Of a stretch of DNA of 64,000 nucleotides, positions 39,446-50,010 are shown piece by piece (position 1 is the first letter of the stretch; every line of letters begins with the position of its first letter). A program made the translations under genes and the position numbers. The notes under the pieces were generated by a model. That model searched no databases and had not been told where the DNA came from. It saw nothing but the letters and a program-made list of their open reading frames with translations. Origin of the DNA: an uncultured Spirochaetota bacterium (GTDB lineage: Bacteria > Spirochaetota > Brevinematia > Brevinematales > JAOACQ01); the NCBI GenBank assembly GCA_963768055.1, contig CAVYGN010000002.1:1568001-1632000 (forward strand). The letters run 5' to 3'.

Positions 39446-39937
39446 ATGAAAGAATTTTTAGTTTCAGGAATATTGTTTTTAGCCGCACAGTTGTTTTTCA
39501 TAAACTCCGCCTGCTGTGAACTGCGTGAAGTGACATTCTTCAATCCTCCCGACGCATACGGCACAATAAGTCTGCAGGAGCTGTACGGAAAAGGCGGCGC
39601 TCTCCTGGTGGTAAAAACATACTATTACAGGGCGAAGAACCCCAGGATTCTGGATAGAATCGTTCTTTCGGACGCTTCCGCCAAGGTCCTGCGGACATTT
39701 GACTGCGATTTTTTCGGCATCATCCATAATCCCAGGTACATGTGCCTGGACGGGGATTGTAATATAATAATCGAAAAAGAAAAGCCGGTATTCGTAAAAC
39801 TCTTCCCTGCCGCAGAACCGGCGGTTACAACCAACATATACAGCGCCGGGTACCTGGTCAAGTCCGTGAAGACTATATTCGAATGCAGCAACGTCCTCAA
39901 GGGGACAGATTTGACCAATTGCAGATATGTCTGGTAG
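39446..39937 (+). CDS. Hypothetical exported protein
   Basis: Signal-peptide-like N-terminus; co-oriented within the gene run. Confidence 0.5.
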   Translation: MKEFLVSGILFLAAQLFFINSACCELREVTFFNPPDAYGTISLQELYGKGGALLVVKTYYYRAKNPRILDRIVLSDASAKVLRTFDCDFFGIIHNPRYMCLDGDCNIIIEKEKPVFVKLFPAAEPAVTTNIYSAGYLVKSVKTIFECSNVLKGTDLTNCRYVW

Positions 39938-39964
39938 GGATAAAACTGAAACAGGGGCAAAATT

Positions 39965-41422
39965 ATGATCAGGTTATTTTTTTCAAAAAGGTATTCCATC
40001 ATTCCCGTAATTATTTTTTCATCTATATGTTATTTCCTTTCTACAGGCCTTCAAGGCGATTTCTGGTTTTTACTATGGATAGCTCCGGTCCCGATTCTTC
40101 TTTACAGTTATTATAACTCCGGAATATCGACCTTTCTTATCGCGGCGGCGATATTCTTAATTTCAAAAATAAACCTGTTAGCATACTGGATTAAAGTTTT
40201 AACGCCTTCACTGGCTTTTTCGCTGATTTTGATTTTATCCGTTTTATCTGCATGTATATTTTTATTGAATAAAATTATATCATCGAAATTAAAAGAACCC
40301 TTTGCTATTTTTGTTTTTCCGCTTTTATATACGTCAGTTGAATTCCTTGAAAGTTTAATTCTTCCCGATATCAGTTTATACAGCCTCGCTTATACTCAGG
40401 CGGATAATACATTAATAATTCAAATCGCCGCTTTGACAGGGATGTACGGAGTTACCTTTTTTATTTCATTATTCGCGTCCTGTTTTGCATACCTGATTTT
40501 AATAAAGGCCAATAATAGCCGGTTTTACTCATTTATCGCCGGACCCTTGATATTATTATTAGTTCCGGTTTATGGAATTGTCAGGATGAATCCAATATCA
40601 AATAACAATGATATACATTTTAAAGCGGCATGCATTAGAGTCGATTCACTAAGTCATGGAGAAAATATATTCAATTCGAAAAATGGAAATCTTGTTTTTA
40701 AGGAATATTCAAACCTTATCGATCAAAATATAAAAGAAAGGATCGACTGTATTCTGCTTCCTGAAAAAATGATAGAACTTCATCAGGAGGAAAAATCGAA
40801 TTATTATCCGGAATTTTCAGCGATCGCATCCGATAAAAACGCTATAATCACAGCGGGATTTAAAATAAAGAACAAGGACCGTTATGAAAATATTGCTGCC
40901 GTTTTTTTCCCCAATGGAAAGACTATTATGGAATATCAAAAAAAATACCTCGTCCCCGGCTGGGAAAGTAAATTCGACAGCGGGGATAAATTATTAATAT
41001 TCAAATATAAAGAGTTGAATATCGGCGCCGCAATTTGCAAAGATATGGATTTTCCGGGCTGGATCAGGAAATATTCTTCGATTGACATCATGCTGGCGCC
41101 TTCCTGGGATTTTCAGGAAGATAACTGGATGCATTCCCGCCCTGCGATTTTCAGAGGGGTTGAAAACGGTTTTACAATGATAAGATCGGCAAGGGAAGGG
41201 GATCTGACAATTTCAGGCCCTTACGGCAATATTATTAAACAGGCCGTCTACGATAAAAAAGACGGGGAAGATATTTTAATGGCCGATATTTATTCGGTAA
41301 AATTGGATACCTTATACTCAAAATTCGGCGACTGGTTCTGCTGGCTGAGCATGATAATCCTGGCTTTCTTTGCTTTCTTTTCGATATTTAAAGTAAATTT
41401 AGGATTGAAAAAACGGATTTGA
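39965..41422 (+). CDS. Apolipoprotein N-acyltransferase-like (nitrilase fold) membrane protein
   Basis: TM N-terminus; LPE, KKYLVPG, AICKDMDF catalytic triad. Confidence 0.85.
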   Translation: MIRLFFSKRYSIIPVIIFSSICYFLSTGLQGDFWFLLWIAPVPILLYSYYNSGISTFLIAAAIFLISKINLLAYWIKVLTPSLAFSLILILSVLSACIFLLNKIISSKLKEPFAIFVFPLLYTSVEFLESLILPDISLYSLAYTQADNTLIIQIAALTGMYGVTFFISLFASCFAYLILIKANNSRFYSFIAGPLILLLVPVYGIVRMNPISNNNDIHFKAACIRVDSLSHGENIFNSKNGNLVFKEYSNLIDQNIKERIDCILLPEKMIELHQEEKSNYYPEFSAIASDKNAIITAGFKIKNKDRYENIAAVFFPNGKTIMEYQKKYLVPGWESKFDSGDKLLIFKYKELNIGAAICKDMDFPGWIRKYSSIDIMLAPSWDFQEDNWMHSRPAIFRGVENGFTMIRSAREGDLTISGPYGNIIKQAVYDKKDGEDILMADIYSVKLDTLYSKFGDWFCWLSMIILAFFAFFSIFKVNLGLKKRI

Positions 41423-41558
41423 ACCGCGGATTAAGCCCTGGAGAGGTAAGCAGATCCCCCATTTATGATGGGTGGCACAGATTATTATCTGGAATATCTG
41501 TGAAATCGTGGTTTTATTTTATGGTTCAGGAGCTTTTGTAATAAAGGTAGGAGGAATC

Positions 41559-42731
41559 ATGATTTATATAGTATTATCGATTGTTTTGATAACCTGCCAG
41601 GTCATCATCCTGGTTTTCCCGTTCATCTATAGGATGCCGATAGAAATGAATGCAGCGGCCCTGATCTCTCTCGGAATTTTGGGACTGCACTGGCTTTTAT
41701 ATCATGATAAAACAGGTATCCATGTCTTCGGGATTATCCTTATGTTTTTTGTTATTTTCATCGGATTTATGTCGCTGGTCAGCACTTATACAGTTCTCAT
41801 AGGGGCCGACAGCGCACGGAATAGAAAACCGGTTGTTTTTGGAGCAGGCGGCGATAAATCGATCGCAATAGTCTATCATCCCGGCGGTTCCGGATTTCAG
41901 AAAAGGATCAATACACTCATTGCCGATAAGCTCGCCCTTAAAGGGTTCAGGGTTACTCTTTATACAGCCAGCCCCAGTCTGAAGATCGACCCGAAAGAGG
42001 TATCGGCCATAATCCTCTCGTCGCCTGTCTACGGCGGCAAACCCCGTCCCCCTTTTGTCGATTTTATAAATAATGCCGGCCTGAAAGGCGTTAAGTGTTA
42101 TGTTATCCTTAGCGGCTGGTTTACAGATATTAACCCTGAAATGAAGGAAACCATGACAGGCAGGATGAAACAGCTTATAGAATCCAGGGGCGGCATATTT
42201 ATCGGCTACCGGAAATTCAGCGCCTTCGTCTCGGATCTGGATAAAGAATCTCTCACTCTGACAGAAAGCCTGGCGGAAAAAATTATAGAAGCTGTTGAAA
42301 ATTATTTTCGTGGCAGGAGTGAAGGTGATCTTGACAGATGCAGTGCAATGCCCGGAGGCACGCTGGGTCAATTAAGAAAAATATTTCGTAAGAACGGGTT
42401 TGATCTAAACGCGGGTTTTCTTATAAGGGAAGATTTCTGTCTGGAAGAGAAGATTGAAATGTCTCTTATAAAATTTGAGAGAAAAATTACCGGGATAAAA
42501 CCGGTTAGATTAGATAAAAATTGCGATCTTTGCGGTGTATGTGCAAGGATCTGCCTGCGAGGCAATATCCGGATAGAAGACAAAAGAATAACATGGAACC
42601 GGGACTGCGAAATGTGCTACGGATGTTTTCAATGGTGCCCCAGGGAAGCGATACATCTTAGAAGCGGCATGGATAAAAAAGCCGGATATCATCATCCTGA
42701 AATTATCCTGAATGATGTTATTTTAAGGTAA
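41559..42731 (+). CDS. Membrane flavodoxin-like protein fused to an EFR1-type ferredoxin segment
   Basis: AGGAGG RBS, TM helices, SPVYGG, CDLCGVCARIC and CEMCYGCFQWCP. Confidence 0.65.
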   Translation: MIYIVLSIVLITCQVIILVFPFIYRMPIEMNAAALISLGILGLHWLLYHDKTGIHVFGIILMFFVIFIGFMSLVSTYTVLIGADSARNRKPVVFGAGGDKSIAIVYHPGGSGFQKRINTLIADKLALKGFRVTLYTASPSLKIDPKEVSAIILSSPVYGGKPRPPFVDFINNAGLKGVKCYVILSGWFTDINPEMKETMTGRMKQLIESRGGIFIGYRKFSAFVSDLDKESLTLTESLAEKIIEAVENYFRGRSEGDLDRCSAMPGGTLGQLRKIFRKNGFDLNAGFLIREDFCLEEKIEMSLIKFERKITGIKPVRLDKNCDLCGVCARICLRGNIRIEDKRITWNRDCEMCYGCFQWCPREAIHLRSGMDKKAGYHHPEIILNDVILR

Positions 42732-42769
42732 GCATGAGTATTTTAACAATATTTGGATAGACGACCTTT

Positions 42770-45112
42770 TCACCACTTCATCCAGACTCCCACTTCGGGA
42801 TAGATGCCTATCAAATTGGTATTTTCAACCATAGTACTATAGTTGTTTATATATGTAACATAAGTTACCGGCCTGTAATTATAGACATTGTTTACCTGGA
42901 GGTAAACGCCTGATGGAAGGCCGAACAGCATACCGGTGTATTCAAGCTTAAGGTTGAGGGAATTTACGTCGGGAAGCCGGGCGGAATTGTAGGTGTCCCA
43001 CACCGGAGTATATATAGTATAATTGCCGCTGTTATTTGTCTGGACCGACGCAAGCGGTGTGTACTGGCTGCCTGACTGCCACAGGAATTCCGATGTAAAA
43101 GACCAGTTCTTGCTTAACTGCCATATAACAACCAGGTCCAGCTTGTAAAGGAGGGAGCCCGGGTCGAACCACTCGTCCACAGGAGGGCTGCCATACTGGC
43201 CATATATGTTCAATTCGGGGCCTATAATCAGGGATCCCTGGTCAAGATTAAGAGTGTCGGGGTCAAGGCCGGAAGTGCGGTATCCCCTCACAAAATAGCT
43301 GCTTAAACTCAGCCATCCGTATAACGGGAAATCGTCGCTTTTCTTCGTCAGAAGGAGATCGATCCCATAAATCTGGCGCTGTTCCCCGGCGGTCTGTAAA
43401 AGGTATTCGATATTGGATTCTCGGGAAATGTAATTTTCATATTGTTTAAAATAACCCTCCAGGCTTATATTAAAAACACTGCTGAAATCGAGCCCTGTCC
43501 CCAGGACGTAATGCCAGCAGCCCGGTATGCTAAGGCCGGCGTTAGTGTCAAGGACGGCCAGGTCGAAAGAATCGGAAGGAAATTCCGAAAGATAGCCCAC
43601 GCTTATATAAACCCTGTCCCGGGGTGTAAACCTGTAACCTACCGTAAGGCGCGGATCGAGAGAGTATTTTTTTATATAATCCACGTAATTGAACCTTAAT
43701 CCGTCCTCGATATAAATACTTTTATCGAAGAGATCTGATCGGTTTTCAATAAAGGCCGAATAAATCCCGAACGTCCCCTGGTAGGAATTGTTGTCGAAAA
43801 CAAGCCATTCCCATCCGGTAATCCGATCGTCTGCAAAGCCTCCGATATAGTTTGTATAAAATAGTCCGGGATAATAAATTATCTCCAAGCCGATATCGAA
43901 AGATACGTCTCCGGGCGGGGCGTAGCCGGCGAGCCCCTTGTATCTAAGGTTATACGCAGAGTCCTTCATAAATGTAATACTGTCGGGATTTGTTATTTCT
44001 AAATCATCATAGTTCCACATGGTGCCGAAAGACTGATCAATAGACCATTCCCCTGAAAAAGAGTGTTTCCAGTCAAGGTTAATCACGCTGTTAATATAAT
44101 CCATGATCCCCAGATCATTTACATTATTAGCCGGAACAGCATTTGGTCCGCTATTGGAAAGCCAAAAATTCGTATAGTGCATGGATTCCTCTGAGAAAAG
44201 CCAGACAAGGGAAACCGTATCGGCGCCGTCTTTATACTGGATCTTTCCCTGCGAGTCCAGGTAATACGGGGCATGAAAATTCGAACTTCCCTGGACAAAA
44301 TAAGGCAGGACGAGGTCGTACTGCGTCCTCCTGATCCCCCCGGCGAAATTCCATTTCTGATCTTCCGAAGCTCCCGAAAGAGTAATATATGTGTTGATAA
44401 GCCCCAAGTCAACTTTGCCATGAAACCCCGGTTCCCCCTCGATCGTGTTGACCTGAAGGAGACTCGACATAGCCTGCCCGTGCTCCGCGGGCAGGACTCC
44501 CTTGTAGAGGTCTATGCTGTCGACGATGTCGTCGATAAACACGGAGTCGCCGATAAAGTGATGGTAAGGGTATTGTATCAATGCGTCGTCAAGCAGAGCC
44601 GCGTTTTCATTGCCAGTGCCTCCCCTGACGGAGAGTTTTGTATTATCCTGAAGGTTTCCTATTTGAAGGTCCCCGATACCGAGATCTTCAACCCCCGGCA
44701 TCAGGGTTAACGAGTGCAGCGGGTCGCCTGTGACAGACTCCGGGGCTTTTCCGCGAAGGTCTTTAGGCATGATGTTCTTAGACTCGGTATCCTTCAGCTT
44801 TTCTCCTGTAATGTCAATTTCCGAAAGATAAAGTGAACTTTGGGGGATCAAGTAGAAATATATATTGATATCTGATTTTAGTGTTATCTCTTTCGACTCC
44901 CGGTAATACCCCGCAGCCATCGCCGACATGGTGTAACTTCCTGCCGGAGCGTCGATAATATAAGAACCGTTATCTTCAGTCCGGGCTGTTATTAATGTAT
45001 TTGTTCCCGATTTGAGAACAACCGCAACGGAAGGGATTCCTGCAAGCGTATCGGACCTGAAAACCCTCCCCCTTATCTGGAAACCGAACATCATTGCAGG
45101 CAGAATCAGCAT
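42770..45112 (-). CDS. TonB-dependent receptor-like outer membrane protein
   Basis: Carboxypeptidase-regulatory-like N-domain, plug (LMPGV, SVRGG, ENAALLD), beta-barrel with terminal W. Confidence 0.85.
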   Translation of the reverse strand: MLILPAMMFGFQIRGRVFRSDTLAGIPSVAVVLKSGTNTLITARTEDNGSYIIDAPAGSYTMSAMAAGYYRESKEITLKSDINIYFYLIPQSSLYLSEIDITGEKLKDTESKNIMPKDLRGKAPESVTGDPLHSLTLMPGVEDLGIGDLQIGNLQDNTKLSVRGGTGNENAALLDDALIQYPYHHFIGDSVFIDDIVDSIDLYKGVLPAEHGQAMSSLLQVNTIEGEPGFHGKVDLGLINTYITLSGASEDQKWNFAGGIRRTQYDLVLPYFVQGSSNFHAPYYLDSQGKIQYKDGADTVSLVWLFSEESMHYTNFWLSNSGPNAVPANNVNDLGIMDYINSVINLDWKHSFSGEWSIDQSFGTMWNYDDLEITNPDSITFMKDSAYNLRYKGLAGYAPPGDVSFDIGLEIIYYPGLFYTNYIGGFADDRITGWEWLVFDNNSYQGTFGIYSAFIENRSDLFDKSIYIEDGLRFNYVDYIKKYSLDPRLTVGYRFTPRDRVYISVGYLSEFPSDSFDLAVLDTNAGLSIPGCWHYVLGTGLDFSSVFNISLEGYFKQYENYISRESNIEYLLQTAGEQRQIYGIDLLLTKKSDDFPLYGWLSLSSYFVRGYRTSGLDPDTLNLDQGSLIIGPELNIYGQYGSPPVDEWFDPGSLLYKLDLVVIWQLSKNWSFTSEFLWQSGSQYTPLASVQTNNSGNYTIYTPVWDTYNSARLPDVNSLNLKLEYTGMLFGLPSGVYLQVNNVYNYRPVTYVTYINNYSTMVENTNLIGIYPEVGVWMKW

Positions 45113-45280
45113 CGGTATTAAAAATATACGTATCTGTTATTCCTTCAATATAATTAATATATAATTGTCGGAATAAAAACTATTTAGATTCAGGGATTTT
45201 ACAGGCCCTTTTCGCCGGCAGTTGCAACTTCTTCCAGCACATACCGGGTATCGTTGTAGCCGCTTACCTTGAGGTTTAGT

Positions 45281-47449
45281 CTATTTCCCGGATTCTTCCA
45301 TCAGGTTTCCTTTCAGGTCGAACTGTACTACCGCACCCGCTGAATATTTTTTGCCGCCTATCTCCGTGTCATCAGACAGGGTGCCTTTTTTAAGAGATCC
45401 GTTTTCGTAGAATGTCAGCGAGGTCCATTTCTGGAAGGTAATTCCCTTCAGCTTGGTATCATCCCGAAGAGACCCGCTCAGGAGTTTTCCGGAGGGATAG
45501 AAACTGGCGTAGCTGTTTTTTTTGAAAACAATGTCCTGGCCTTCGCCCTTTAAATAACAGTCGCTTGAAAGCATACCATTGGAAACAATGCCGTTTTCAT
45601 AAAGGGCAATATCCGAACCCTGCCTGAATTCCGTATCCTGAAGCGTTAGAGCCCGTGAAAGGGTGGCGCTTTTGACTTTGCCCGATTTATAAAATGCCAC
45701 CCTCCCGTTGATTTCAAGATCACCTATAGTAGTTTCATGAGATAAAATCACGTTTTCAACAGCCCCTGTGTCATAAAATGAAATTCCCGGCAAATATACG
45801 TTCGATAACGATTGGTTTGTGCCGAGATCGTTGGTGATAATTTTAATTAAAGGTTTTAAACTTATCCCTTCAAGGGCCTCGGTTTCATCCGCGAGCGCGC
45901 CGTTAGATATTACGCCGTTGGAATATAAGGAAATAACCGTACCGCCTTTAAATACAAGAGAGGAAAATCCCTTCATGAGTTCCTGGTCGCCGGATAATGT
46001 TCCGGAGAGTACCCTTCCATTGGGGTAGAACAGAATTTCGGAATTAGACTGGTATGCGATATTTTGTATTGCTGCATTCTCGACCGTTCTTACCTCCGAT
46101 AAACCTCCGTCCTGGTAGAAACGTGCAAAAGTTCCTGTTTTATAAACGAATCCCCTGATCGAGGCATCCGCTCCGAGCGTTCCGGAAAGCGCGCTGCCGT
46201 CGGGATAAAAGGCCGTTTCAAAACCGCCCAGGAAAGTCCTTTTTCCTATCGTTATATTAGTGTCCGTCGTGCCCAGTTTAACATGCAAAACGCCGTAAAA
46301 TTCAATCCTGGTTTCAGCCTTGAAAGGATAGGGGCCTATGACCGTCCTATCGGCTATCGTGCCTGAAACCACTGCGCCTTTATTGTCGAATGATATCTTT
46401 TCGCCGTCCTTCCAGTTTATTCCTCCTATGTTTGTCTTATCGGAAAGGGTCGCGGACATCACGGATCCGTTCTCGAAAAAGGAGATATCAGAGTAACCTT
46501 TGCAGGGAAGCCCTTTAATCACGGTATTGTCGTAAAGCGTGCCGGAGGAAACGCTTCCGTTTTTGAAGAAACCAAGAGAGTAACCCCCCTTGTATTTTAT
46601 ACCGTCGATTTTAGCGTCGTCGGCCAGGTCTAATTTTTCAGGCAGAATCATCTGACCCGATTTGGAGAGATTGAGCCTGGTGCTTCCAGGAAGTTTCATA
46701 TGCCTCATTTTTATAGAGTAAGATATAATGCCGCTTTTCGGCCTTCCGCTTCCGTAAAGGGTGATTTCACTGCCTCCCTTGAACGGTATGCCTCCGATAA
46801 GCATGTCTTTCGGCAGGTCGACTGTTTGGGGAAGGGATGGAAAGCCGTTTTCCGAGAAGAATATCTCGGCACCGCTGCCGACCGGGATGCCGCCGATAAC
46901 AGCATCGCCCGACAAAATCAGTCCCATAATCCCGCCGGATTCATAGAAATAGATTTCCGTTTCAGCCGGAAGCTTTATCCCCTGCATGAGAGTTTCCTCT
47001 GCCAATGTTCCGTAAGAGGCTTTACCGGAGTCATAAAAGTAAATATCGCTGCCCCCTTTGAACAGTATCCCCTGTAACTTTGTATCCTCGACCAGCTCCA
47101 TTTTTGAAGGCATAAGGACCCTGCCGCCGGCATCGAATAACAGAGACAGGCCCGCGGGAAAGAGAATGCCCTGGATCCTTGTATCGGAGTCGAGTTTAAC
47201 AGCGGCGATCTTTTCATTTTTTAAATAAATTTCCGCATAGGCATGAAATTTTATGCCCTGAATTTCGGATTCGTCGATAAGTTTTATATATATGAGTTTT
47301 TTATTCGCATCGATCGCGACTTCCGTGCCCTCTTTAAGGAAGAAACCATGATAAGTGCGGTCATTCGTGAGAGTTATTGTTTTTCCCTCAAAGGGATAAA
47401 TACAAGTGAAGAATGATAAAAACATTGCCGATAATATTATTTTTTTCAT
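45281..47449 (-). CDS. Secreted 30-aa repeat protein (MORN-like beta hairpins)
   Basis: Signal peptide; many GIxFKxGTxIxFYxxGxLxSGTLxxDTxI units. Confidence 0.75.
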   Translation of the reverse strand: MKKIILSAMFLSFFTCIYPFEGKTITLTNDRTYHGFFLKEGTEVAIDANKKLIYIKLIDESEIQGIKFHAYAEIYLKNEKIAAVKLDSDTRIQGILFPAGLSLLFDAGGRVLMPSKMELVEDTKLQGILFKGGSDIYFYDSGKASYGTLAEETLMQGIKLPAETEIYFYESGGIMGLILSGDAVIGGIPVGSGAEIFFSENGFPSLPQTVDLPKDMLIGGIPFKGGSEITLYGSGRPKSGIISYSIKMRHMKLPGSTRLNLSKSGQMILPEKLDLADDAKIDGIKYKGGYSLGFFKNGSVSSGTLYDNTVIKGLPCKGYSDISFFENGSVMSATLSDKTNIGGINWKDGEKISFDNKGAVVSGTIADRTVIGPYPFKAETRIEFYGVLHVKLGTTDTNITIGKRTFLGGFETAFYPDGSALSGTLGADASIRGFVYKTGTFARFYQDGGLSEVRTVENAAIQNIAYQSNSEILFYPNGRVLSGTLSGDQELMKGFSSLVFKGGTVISLYSNGVISNGALADETEALEGISLKPLIKIITNDLGTNQSLSNVYLPGISFYDTGAVENVILSHETTIGDLEINGRVAFYKSGKVKSATLSRALTLQDTEFRQGSDIALYENGIVSNGMLSSDCYLKGEGQDIVFKKNSYASFYPSGKLLSGSLRDDTKLKGITFQKWTSLTFYENGSLKKGTLSDDTEIGGKKYSAGAVVQFDLKGNLMEESGK

Positions 47450-47465
47450 AAAACCACCCCTGAGC

Positions 47466-48806
47466 CTACTTTATATTGCCGGAACTGTCGAACTTGACCT
47501 CTGTCAATGCCTCGACTTTCCTGCCGTTAATCTCAGTGTTTTTCAGGGGCTTAGCCGAGAGAAGGACACCGTTTGTGTCCAGTTTTATATATGTGCCGGC
47601 TTCCAGGCTGAATTTATAAAAATTGCGGCTTTCCCCGATAGTTCCGCCGCTGACCTGTCCGGTTTCGAAGAATGAAACGCTTGTATTTTTCTGGAATTTA
47701 ATGCCGCCGTAAGATGTATCGTCAGCCGGTTTTACCGATTTTAATTTTCCGGATTCGTAAAGAGAAACAAGGGTACCGGTAGTAATCTGTATGCCGGACA
47801 GGGATGTGTTCTCTCCCGATATCCCCGTATAGAGCTTTCCCGAAGGATAAAGAGAAGCCTTCGACCCTGCTTTCAGCAGGATTCCGCCTGCACTGGCGTC
47901 CTGGGCCATAATACCGGAAGAAAGCTCACCGGTCTCGTAGAAGTCGAGTTCCGTCCCCTCCTTGAAAACAAAAGGCGGGAAACCGGCATCATTTTTAAGA
48001 ATAGCGCTTTCTAGAGCGCCGGAATCGTAAAATTTAAGTAATGTGCCATCTTTGAAATTCATATTTTTAATTACCTTATCTTCGCCAAGGGTTCCCTTTC
48101 CTACGGTTTCGAACGGACCGAAAGAGACCTCGGTTCCGCCCTTGAAAACCATGCCCTGTATTTTCGTGTTTTCAAGTAAATCTATGCTTTCAGGCATGAT
48201 GAGTGCTCCTGTTTTGTCGAAATATAAGAGGGTTCCGGATTTAAAAAGGATGCCCTGGACCCTGGCGTCCGATCCCAGGCGGGCTGTATCCAGGCTTCCC
48301 CCGGAGCTGAATCCCAGTTCCGTACCCGCCGGAAAATCCATGTTCCTAATCCTGGCGTTCGAACAGAGAGTCGCCGACACAAGGGTTCCCGATTCGACGA
48401 AGTTGACCGGAGTGGAGGCTTTGCAGGGGATGGAATCTATCAGCGTATCCGATCCCGGTATTACAAAATCCAGCTTGCCGTTTTCATAGAAATAGGGTGT
48501 TGAGAAGGCCTTGAACTTCCTGCCCTGGATAACCGAATCTTCGGCAAGAACGCAGGACCTCAGGTTCCCCGACTCATAAAAGGAAATTTCATAACCCTTG
48601 CGGCAGGCAAAGCCATGAACCCTGACGTTTTCATTTAAAACCCCCGACTTCAGGCTTCCCGAGGGATACTTGTAAATCCATCCGCTCCTGATGGGCAGAC
48701 CCTGGATCTTTCCCGTAACTCCGAAATATTTCCACCCGGCATGCAGGGCCATCGGATAAATAAATAATAATGCGGTTATGATCCAGATTTTCATAATTCC
48801 TCCCAT
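47466..48806 (-). CDS. Secreted 30-aa repeat protein, paralogue
   Basis: Same repeat; signal peptide ending ALHA. Confidence 0.75.
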   Translation of the reverse strand: MGGIMKIWIITALLFIYPMALHAGWKYFGVTGKIQGLPIRSGWIYKYPSGSLKSGVLNENVRVHGFACRKGYEISFYESGNLRSCVLAEDSVIQGRKFKAFSTPYFYENGKLDFVIPGSDTLIDSIPCKASTPVNFVESGTLVSATLCSNARIRNMDFPAGTELGFSSGGSLDTARLGSDARVQGILFKSGTLLYFDKTGALIMPESIDLLENTKIQGMVFKGGTEVSFGPFETVGKGTLGEDKVIKNMNFKDGTLLKFYDSGALESAILKNDAGFPPFVFKEGTELDFYETGELSSGIMAQDASAGGILLKAGSKASLYPSGKLYTGISGENTSLSGIQITTGTLVSLYESGKLKSVKPADDTSYGGIKFQKNTSVSFFETGQVSGGTIGESRNFYKFSLEAGTYIKLDTNGVLLSAKPLKNTEINGRKVEALTEVKFDSSGNIK

Positions 48807-49945
48807 CGGAACATAGACAGGGCCGGATCGTTTTTAAAGTTCCGTTTTATGAGTTCCAGATTGTCCCCTCCGTATCGTGAAATTATTGCATTGGCTATAT
48901 CGACGGCGACGACATTTTCGATGACAACCCCGCAAGCTGCAATGGCCGTAACATCGGACCTTTCCGTCGCCGCATTTTCCGCTTCTTTTGTGCCGATGTT
49001 GACCGACATTAGCGGAGCCATAAGAGTAGGAATGGGCTTCATAACCGACCTGAAGACGATCGGCGAGCCGTTGGTCATTCCTCCTTCGAATCCACCCGCA
49101 TGATTGGTCTTTCTGTAATACTTTTTCAGGCTGTCGTTATAATATATCTCATCATGAGCGAATTTTCCAGGTGTCGAAGCATAATTAAATCCGATGCCGA
49201 ATTCGATGCCTTTGACGGCCTGGACCCCGAGAACGGTACAGGCTATCCTGGAATCCAGCTTTTCGCCGAAAGTCTGAAAACTTCCCAGGAAGGGAGGTAC
49301 GGGGCTTATGATCGTTTCAATCACGCCTCCCACCGTATCCCCGGCGGTTTTAGCGCTGTCTATAAGTTCTTTTATCTTTTCCAGGGTACAGGTGTCGCAG
49401 GCACTCCTGATCTGTGAATCGGCGGCCCTCTTTTTTATTTCACCTATAGAAAGCCCTGAGGTATCGACTTCAATACCTCCCCAATTGACCACATGTGAAA
49501 AGATATCTATACCGAATTCATTTAGAAAAATCCGGGCTATGCTTCCGGCGGCAACCCTTGCAGCTGTCTCACGGGCGCTGGACCGTTCAAGGACCCTCCG
49601 TATATCGTCAGTCATACCGAATTTGTAAGCCCCTGTAAGATCGGCATGTCCCGGGCGGGGCCTTTGAACGCTTTCCGTTTTTTTGTTTTTCCAATTTTCA
49701 TAATCTTTGTTCCAGATAAGGATATTGATCGGAGCACCGTTTGTAATGCCGCCAATTACTCCGGATAATATATCCGCCCGGTCGCTTTCGATTTTCATTC
49801 TCGACCCGCGCCCGTATCCCCCCTGCCTGGCTGACAATTGCCTGTCGATAAAATCAACATTGATCTTCAGATTTGATGGAATCCCCTTGATGATCACAGA
49901 CAAGCCTCTACCATGCGATTCGCCCGAGGTGATATATTCAATCAT
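48791..49945 (-). CDS. aroC: Chorismate synthase
   Basis: TSGESHG, PRPGHAD, ERSSARETA, MKPIPT, ERSD. Confidence 0.97.
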   Translation of the reverse strand: MIEYITSGESHGRGLSVIIKGIPSNLKINVDFIDRQLSARQGGYGRGSRMKIESDRADILSGVIGGITNGAPINILIWNKDYENWKNKKTESVQRPRPGHADLTGAYKFGMTDDIRRVLERSSARETAARVAAGSIARIFLNEFGIDIFSHVVNWGGIEVDTSGLSIGEIKKRAADSQIRSACDTCTLEKIKELIDSAKTAGDTVGGVIETIISPVPPFLGSFQTFGEKLDSRIACTVLGVQAVKGIEFGIGFNYASTPGKFAHDEIYYNDSLKKYYRKTNHAGGFEGGMTNGSPIVFRSVMKPIPTLMAPLMSVNIGTKEAENAATERSDVTAIAACGVVIENVVAVDIANAIISRYGGDNLELIKRNFKNDPALSMFRWEEL

Positions 49946-50010
49946 ACAACTACCCTTATTATTGATTTTCAATAGAGATAATTCTATTCTAATTGGAAAA
50001 AATCAAAATA

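Noticed and set aside
34200..45200. Integron cassette array
   Set aside because: No recurring attC-like sites were seen and there is no IntI.
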